A DNA stretch of 64,000 nt from Gemmatimonadales bacterium. Its GTDB lineage: Bacteria; Gemmatimonadota; Gemmatimonadetes; Gemmatimonadales; GWC2-71-9. The notes under the pieces are model-generated. The model was not told where the DNA came from. It saw nothing but the letters and a program-made list of their open reading frames with translations, and did not search any database. Where the stretch lies: the NCBI GenBank assembly GCA_033853695.1, contig JAWOLH010000023.1, forward strand, positions 22,215 to 86,214, in the 5' to 3' direction. Below are positions 58,241 through 64,000 of this stretch, in pieces (within the stretch, counting starts at the first letter, position 1; each line of letters begins with the position of its first letter). The translations under genes were made by a program, and so were the position numbers.

Positions 58241-59812
58241 TTGCGGTTCCGTCGGCAGCCCCAACGCCTCCCACAGCGTCCAGCCGCCGATCAACGCCCG
58301 CGCCTGGGGCCATCCCGCGCGCTGTAACGATCGCGCCACCCGGGCGCTTGTCGCTTCGTTGCTTCAGGCGCAGTACGCGACCAGCCACGCATTCCGGGGC
58401 AGCGCCAGCTCCGCGGCGCGCAGCGCGGCGTCGTCCGGCGGAATGCGAATCGCCCCCGCGGCCTTCACTGCACTCTCGACCCACGCCCCGTCCTTTCGTG
58501 CATCGAGGAGGACGACGGGTTCCCCTCTAGCCTGGAGCGCCCGCAGCTCGTCGAGTGTGATACGCTCCCCCGTCGCTGCCGCCGAACCGCTCCCGGAAGA
58601 GTCGACCGACGCGGGCACAGCGCCAGCCACCCGCGCCGGCGGCTTCGGTCCGATGAACATCAGCGCACCACCGTGGATCACGACCGACAGCAGCACGACG
58701 AGCGCCGCGTAAGGAAACAGCGCGTTGGCTCCCGGCACCCCCGCGAAGATCGGCAACAAGACATAGAGCAGCGCCGAGAGGCCGCGCGGTCCGTACCACA
58801 CGATGAGATGCCGGCTCTTTGCGTCCAGCCCGCGGCGCGGCAGCACGACGGCGAGGGCGAGCGTGCGGCCGAACAGCGCGACCAGCGAGAACAACGCGCT
58901 GCGCCAGCTCACGGCATCGAACGCCGTCCACATCGACGACGAACCGAACGCCACGAACGTGAGCAGCAGGAACATTTCCGCTGTCGCCTGGCCGTAATCG
59001 ACAAAGCAGTCGCACAGCTCGGCGTCGAATGCCGCCACGGTGAGTCCGGCGGCGAACGCCGCGAGCAGGCCGCTGCCGTGTATCGCCTCCGCCGCCGCGT
59101 ACGCGGCGAACGCGACGCCCAGGGCGTAGATCGACTCGTAGTCGCGCCGCACCCCGGTCCGGCGGCGGATGCCTTCGAGCAGCGCCACGCCGGTGAACCC
59201 GACGAGGGCGCCCACCCCCGGTCCCAGCACGACGAGATTGACCGCCAGCCGCCCCCACCCGGTGCTCGATCCCACCGTCGCACCGCTCTGGATCGCCATC
59301 GCCACCAGCACCAACGGGAGCAACACGATGTCGTTCAGGCCGCTCTCGAGGCGCAGCGCCTGCCGGGCGCTCGTGGGCACTCCTTCGCGCCTGAGCAGTC
59401 CCCGCATCAACACCGGGTCGGTCGAGGAGAGCGCGGCGCCGAGGATGACGGCGAGCGCGGGCGGCAGGCCGAGCAGCCCCCAGGCTGCACATCCCGTCAG
59501 CGCGGCGGCGAGCAGCGTCCCCGGCCCCAGCACCAGCGCCGCGAGTCGCGCCTGCCCTCGCAGGTCGCGCCAGGTGACGCCGACCGCGTCCATGAACAGC
59601 ACGAGGATCAGGCTGATCGTGCTGATCGTCTCCAGCACCGGGGACTCGAGACCCGTGTCGACGAGCCCTAACCCGTAAGGCCCGAGCACCGCACCGAGGA
59701 CGAGAAATAGCGCGACCTGCGGGAAGCGGGCGCGCTCGACGAACCCCGACAGCAGCGCGGCCACCATGATGACCACGCCCACGAGCGCGAGCGTGGAGAC
59801 GAACGGGGTCAC
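58238..59812 (-). CDS. CPA1 cation:proton antiporter fused to a rhodanese-like domain; probable selenoprotein (in-frame TGA at 58366-58364)
   Basis: Antiporter motifs LFMDA, LSSTDPV, ESGLND and GPRGL. C-terminal LLDAR..AAGAIRIP..LVAYCA-TGA continues in frame as SNEATSARVARSLQRAGWPQARALIGGWTLWEALGLPTEPQ-stop. Confidence 0.85.
58326..58363 (-). promoter_or_regulatory. Putative bacterial SECIS element
   Basis: mRNA after UGA: AGCAACGAAGCGACAA-GCGCC-CGGGU-GGCGC-GA-UCGUU. 5-bp upper stem with G-containing loop starting 22 nt after UGA, plus a lower stem (GCGA/UCGU or AACGA/UCGUU). Confidence 0.65.
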
Positions 59813-60831
59813 CGCTCTTCGGGAATGACGGTAATGCGGCGCCGCTCTCCGCGCCGCAGCACGGTGAGCGTCACCGCGAGGCCGATCCGGTCGGCGAGCA
59901 GCAGGCGATGCAGATCGTCGACGCCCGACACCGGCTCCTCGCCGAGCGCCACGATGATGTCGCCCGACACGAGCTCCCCGCGCTGAGCCGGTGACTCCGG
60001 CTCGACCGATTGCACCAGCACACCGGTGCCCGAGACGATGCCGTGACGCCGCGCCGACGCCGCGCTGAGGGTGATCTGCTGACCGGACACCCCGATAAAG
60101 GCACGGCGGATCCGGCCATCCTTGAGGAGTGCGCTCGCGACGACCTGGGCGGTGTTGACGCCGACCGCGAAGCACAGCCCCTGAGCCGGTAGAATGACGG
60201 CGGTATTCACCCCGACGACTTCGCCCCGGCTGTTCACGAGCGGTCCGCCGGAGTTTCCGGGGTTCAACGCGGCGTCGGTCTGAATCACGTCCTCGATCCG
60301 TCGTCCCGTACTGGAGCGCCAGGTGCGGCCCAGCGCACTCACCACGCCCGCCGTCACGGAGCTCTGGAATCCGTATGGGTTGCCGATGGCGATGACGAGC
60401 TGGCCGACGCGGAGCCGCCCCGAGTCGCCGAGCGGAGCGACGGGGAGATCCGATCCCGCGATGCGCAGCGCCGCGATGTCGGTATCGGGATCGTCTCCCA
60501 CAACCTGCGCGTCGAGTCGCCGTCCATCCGCGAGGGTCACACCGACGCGCCTCGCGCCGTGGACGACGTGGCTATTGGTGAGCACGAAGCCGTCCGGCGT
60601 GAATACGAATCCCGAGCCGCCACCGCCGCGCTCCTCCCGCCGGCCGGAACGAGCGCGACCGCCGGTTTCGACAGCGACAACCGCGGGACCGACCAGCTCG
60701 GCGGCGCGCACGACCGCCCGAGAATACGCATCGAGCAGCGCGTCGTCGGTGGCTTCCGCCGTGGCCGGTTCGCGGGACTCCGCCGGGCGAGCACCGTCGC
60801 CGGCGGCGAGCACGAGCAGCGGACGGGTCAT
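59809..60831 (-). CDS. HtrA/DegQ-like trypsin protease with PDZ domain (no evident signal peptide)
   Basis: GSGFVFTPDGFVLTNSHVV, DIAAL, IQTDAALNPGNSGGPL and PDZ ESPAQRGELVSGD; GTGA overlap with the antiporter start. Confidence 0.92.
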   Translation of the reverse strand: MTRPLLVLAAGDGARPAESREPATAEATDDALLDAYSRAVVRAAELVGPAVVAVETGGRARSGRREERGGGGSGFVFTPDGFVLTNSHVVHGARRVGVTLADGRRLDAQVVGDDPDTDIAALRIAGSDLPVAPLGDSGRLRVGQLVIAIGNPYGFQSSVTAGVVSALGRTWRSSTGRRIEDVIQTDAALNPGNSGGPLVNSRGEVVGVNTAVILPAQGLCFAVGVNTAQVVASALLKDGRIRRAFIGVSGQQITLSAASARRHGIVSGTGVLVQSVEPESPAQRGELVSGDIIVALGEEPVSGVDDLHRLLLADRIGLAVTLTVLRRGERRRITVIPEER

Positions 60832-60874
60832 GTCACCGCAAACACGCGAGCGCCGGACCCGGTTCCCTGAGGTG

Positions 60875-61105
60875 ACCTCGCTCGCACCGGATACGGCGGG
60901 TGCGCCACGGTGTACGACGGCGCCGGATTCTCGCCAGCTCGTCGAGGACGACCGCCACCGCACGCTCGAGCTGGGGATCGTGCCCCTGAATCACCAGCTG
61001 CGGCGTCATCTCCACCTGGATGTCTGGCGGCACCCCGACATTCTCGGCGTCCCATTCACCCGACGGGCTGAACAACGCGATGCGCGGCGCGTGACGGAGC
61101 CGCGA
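60875..61105 (-). pseudogene. Remnant C-terminus of a tricorn-like (S41) protease
   Basis: GSVT/APRIALFSPSGEWDAENVGVPPDIQVEMTPQLVIQGHDPQLERAVAVVLDELA/NPAPSY..HPPYP, with frame breaks near 61092 and 60930 and no upstream body. Confidence 0.7.
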
Positions 61106-61194
61106 ACGGAGCACGACGCAGCACGAGGCCTCCCGAGAATACGAACGGGGCCAAGCTACGGGGCCCCGTCCGATCACGCGAGCAGGGCGTGCGG

Positions 61195-62601
61195 CTAGTG
61201 GATACCACCCCCCACGAACTGCCTGACCAGGTCGCCGATCACGGCCTTCGCGTCGCCGAAGAGCATCCAGGTGTTGTCCTGTACGTACAGCTCGTTGTCG
61301 ATCCCTGCGAATCCCGGGTTCTTGCTGCGCTTGATCGCCAGGACTGTCTTGGCTTTATCGGCATCGATGATCGGCATGCCGTAGATCGGCGAGTCCTTGG
61401 CGTAGCGGGCCGCGGGATTCACGACGTCGTTGGCACCAATGACGAGTGCAACGTCGCACTGCGGCATTTCGGGATTGATCTCGTCCATCTCCGCCAACGC
61501 CGAGTAGGGAATGTTCGCCTCGGCGAGGAGGACGTTCATGTGCCCGGGCATCCGCCCGGCCACGGGGTGGATGGCGAACTTGACGGTGACCCCGCGCTTG
61601 GTGAGCTGATCGTAGAGCTCCTGTACTTTGTGCTGCGCCTGCGCGACGGCCATGCCGTATCCCGGGATGATGACCACGAGGTTCGCCTGCTCGAGCAGTT
61701 GCGCCGCGCCTTCGGGCGTCTCCTGCTTCCACACCTTTTGCTCGCCGCTCACCTTCGTCTTCTGCACGGTCCCGAAGGCACCGAACAGGACGTTTGTGAA
61801 CGAGCGGTTCATCGCCCGGCACATGATGATCGAGAGGATGAGGCCGCTCGAGCCGTCGAGCGCGCCGGCCGTGACCAGCAGCTTGCTGTTGAGGACGAAC
61901 CCCATCGCCACCGCGGAGAGCCCGGCATACGAATTCAGGATCGAGATCACGGTCGGCATGTCCGCGCCGCCGATCGGAACGATGAGCAGGATTCCGAAGA
62001 GCAGCGCCAGCCCCACGACGCCGAGAAACGCGTTGGACGCCCATGCCGCCGTCGGCTGGAGGACCACGAGGACACCCAAGACGATGGCTCCGGCCAGCAC
62101 CCCGAGGTTGACGACATTCTGGCCGGGATAGGTGACCGGGCGCTGCGGGATCCAGCGCACCTCCTGGAGCTTGCCCGTCGCCATGAGGCTGCCGGTGAAG
62201 GTGAGGAAGCCCAGGATCACCTCGGCCACGAGGGCGCCCATGCGGAAGGTCGTGATCTGGTCCGGGCTCTCGATCAGCCAGAGGTGGTATTCCGCCACCC
62301 CGACGAGCCCAGCCGCCAGTCCACCAAAGGAGTGCGACAACGCCGTCCGCTGTGGCACGGCCGTCAGCGGCACGAGCGAGAGCGGCACACCGAGCACGAA
62401 TCCGGCGCCGATGGCGAGCAGGATCCAGCCGTGATGGACGATCTGCGGCTGGATCCACGTCGCGCCGACCGCGACCGTCATGCCCACGACGCCCGCGATC
62501 ACACCGCGACGGGCGGTCTTCGGATCGTTCATCCAGTGCAGGGAGAAGATGAACAGGGCCGTCGCGGCGATGGCCGCGAACTGCATGAGGGAGGCCATCA
62601 T
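61195..62601 (-). CDS. pntB: NAD(P) transhydrogenase subunit beta
   Basis: HSFGGLAA, IGGADMP, NSYAG, MCRAMNRS, PGYGMAVAQAQ, IHPVAGRMPGHMNVLLAEA and GANDVVNPAA. Confidence 0.97.
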   Translation of the reverse strand: MMASLMQFAAIAATALFIFSLHWMNDPKTARRGVIAGVVGMTVAVGATWIQPQIVHHGWILLAIGAGFVLGVPLSLVPLTAVPQRTALSHSFGGLAAGLVGVAEYHLWLIESPDQITTFRMGALVAEVILGFLTFTGSLMATGKLQEVRWIPQRPVTYPGQNVVNLGVLAGAIVLGVLVVLQPTAAWASNAFLGVVGLALLFGILLIVPIGGADMPTVISILNSYAGLSAVAMGFVLNSKLLVTAGALDGSSGLILSIIMCRAMNRSFTNVLFGAFGTVQKTKVSGEQKVWKQETPEGAAQLLEQANLVVIIPGYGMAVAQAQHKVQELYDQLTKRGVTVKFAIHPVAGRMPGHMNVLLAEANIPYSALAEMDEINPEMPQCDVALVIGANDVVNPAARYAKDSPIYGMPIIDADKAKTVLAIKRSKNPGFAGIDNELYVQDNTWMLFGDAKAVIGDLVRQFVGGGIH

Positions 62602-62876
62602 TGTTTCTTGAACATCTTGAGCATGCGGTCCGTGATCAGGAAGCCGCTGACGATGTTCGTCATCGAGGCGAACAGGGCGACGGCTCCGAGGATGCGAATC
62701 ACCGTTGGGTAATCGGAGCCGGTCACAGTGAGCGAGCCGACCACCGCGATGGCCGAGATGGCGTTGGTCAACGACATCAGCGGCGTGTAGAGCAGCCGCG
62801 AGACCCGTCGAATCACGCCCAGCCCGATGAACGTGGCGAGCACGAACACGAACAACATCGACCAGTAGTCGCTCAT
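62598..62876 (-). CDS. pntAB: NAD(P) transhydrogenase subunit alpha, membrane part (alpha2)
   Basis: LLYTPLMSLTNAISAI and NIVSGFLITDRMLKMF. Confidence 0.93.
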   Translation of the reverse strand: MSDYWSMLFVFVLATFIGLGVIRRVSRLLYTPLMSLTNAISAIAVVGSLTVTGSDYPTVIRILGAVALFASMTNIVSGFLITDRMLKMFKKQ

Positions 62877-63964
62877 GACCGGAGCACCTTTCCGTCGTGG
62901 GTGACGCACGTCGCCTTGGTGATCTCGTCCGCCATGTCCGGCTCCAGCTTACCGTCTTTCACGACATGGCTCAGGAAAGTGGCGATGTTGCGGGAGTACA
63001 TCTGACTCGAGTGCAGCGGCAGCGTCGCGGGCAGGTTGACCGGCCCGATGATCGTGACCCCTTCCTGTGTCACCGTGGTCCCGGCCTGCGTCAGCTCGCA
63101 GTTACCGCCGGACTCGGCCGCTAGATCTACGATGACCGAGCCAGGGCGCATCCCACGTACCGCGGTCCGGGTCAAGAGGATCGGGGCGCGCTTTCCCGGA
63201 ATCGCAGCGGTCGTGATGACGACATCGACGTCCTTCACGCTCGCGGCGAGGAAATCCAGCTCGCGCTGGTGCTGGTCTGCCGAGAGCTCCTTGGCGTAGC
63301 CACCGGCGCCTTCCGCCTGCACCTGCTCGGCCATCACGAGAAACTTGGCCCCGAGGCTCTCCACCTGCTCTTTCACCGCCGGCCGCACGTCGAACGCCGA
63401 GACGATCGCGCCGAGCCGACGGGCGGTGGCGATCGCCTGCAGCCCTGCGACGCCGGCTCCCAGCACCAGCACGCGCGCCGGCGACAGTGTCCCGGCGGCC
63501 GTCACGAGCATCGGAAAGAACTTGGGAGTGGTCTCGGCGGCGAGGAGTACGGCCTTGTAACCTGCGGCGGTTGCCTGGGAGGAGAGGACGTCCATCGATT
63601 GGGCCCGGGTGATGCGCGGCAACAGCTCGAGGCTGAACGCCGTGACGCGACGCTGGGCCAGCTGCTGCAGCAGATCCGCGCTCGTCGCCGCCTGGAGCTG
63701 GCCGATCAGCGCCGCGCGCTCGCGCAGCTTCCCGACCTCAACGCCACTCGGCTTCTGCACCTTGCAGACGACGTCCGCGGACCACGCGTCGCCCGGCTTG
63801 GCGCCGGCCGTGCGGTAGGCGTCGTCTGGGAAGCCGGCGGCGCTCCCGGCTCCCGGCTCCACCAGAACCTCGTGACCGTCCTTCACCAATTTGGCGACCG
63901 TGTCGGGCACGAGCGCAACGCGGCGCTCGCCGGCAACGGTCTCTTTCGGGACCCCGAACTTCAT
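62873..63964 (-). CDS. pntAA: NAD(P) transhydrogenase subunit alpha, NAD(H)-binding part (alpha1)
   Basis: VPKETVAGERRVAL, PRITRAQSMDVLSSQ, GAGVAGLQAIATA, GGYAKE and DLAAESGGNCE. Confidence 0.95.
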   Translation of the reverse strand: MKFGVPKETVAGERRVALVPDTVAKLVKDGHEVLVEPGAGSAAGFPDDAYRTAGAKPGDAWSADVVCKVQKPSGVEVGKLRERAALIGQLQAATSADLLQQLAQRRVTAFSLELLPRITRAQSMDVLSSQATAAGYKAVLLAAETTPKFFPMLVTAAGTLSPARVLVLGAGVAGLQAIATARRLGAIVSAFDVRPAVKEQVESLGAKFLVMAEQVQAEGAGGYAKELSADQHQRELDFLAASVKDVDVVITTAAIPGKRAPILLTRTAVRGMRPGSVIVDLAAESGGNCELTQAGTTVTQEGVTIIGPVNLPATLPLHSSQMYSRNIATFLSHVVKDGKLEPDMADEITKATCVTHDGKVLRS

Positions 63965-64000
63965 CGCTGTCCTCGTGATGGCGGTGTGAAGAAGCTACAA

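Noticed and set aside
58364-58366. TGA as the true stop of the antiporter, as in the ORF track
   Set aside because: It would cut the rhodanese domain at its active-site loop; the downstream frame completes the domain and carries a SECIS-like hairpin.
62598-63964. Split pntA as a frameshifted pseudogene
   Set aside because: The alpha1/alpha2 split is a known natural arrangement; both ORFs are intact with an ATGA overlap.

Overview
High-GC bacterial chromosomal window with about 50 genes. The gene content suggests Gemmatimonadota or a similar lineage (inference only). Left to right: start of an alternative complex III-like locus (pentaheme cytochrome c plus TAT molybdopterin-oxidoreductase-like subunit); a 12 kb coupled minus-strand catabolic-looking operon (peptide-type SBP, GHMP kinase, heparinase II/III-like lyase, TrmJ, class III aminotransferase, two amidohydrolases, DHDPS-like, DHODH-like, OSBS/NAAAR-like); GH38 and PGI; a signalling cluster (hybrid histidine kinase, FHA-FHA-TM-trypsin protease, small [D/E]RR-repeat protein, pseudokinase-kinase tandem); ABC/MFS transporters with PafA-like phosphatase and PIG-L deacetylase; housekeeping genes (acyl-CoA dehydrogenase, gltA, RhlE-like helicase, OsmC, split PntAB). 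The top finding is a CPA1 cation:proton antiporter fused to a rhodanese-like domain. Its apparent TGA stop lies in a Y-C-A-U-x-N-E motif, is followed by a SECIS-like hairpin and by 41 in-frame codons that complete the domain, so it is a probable selenoprotein. Other findings are a candidate ~95 nt hairpin sRNA with its own promoter, four copies of a 13-nt-periodic palindromic intergenic repeat, a structured helicase leader and two gene remnants. No rRNA, tRNA, CRISPR array or transposase was seen. All calls come from reading motifs by eye, with no database searches.
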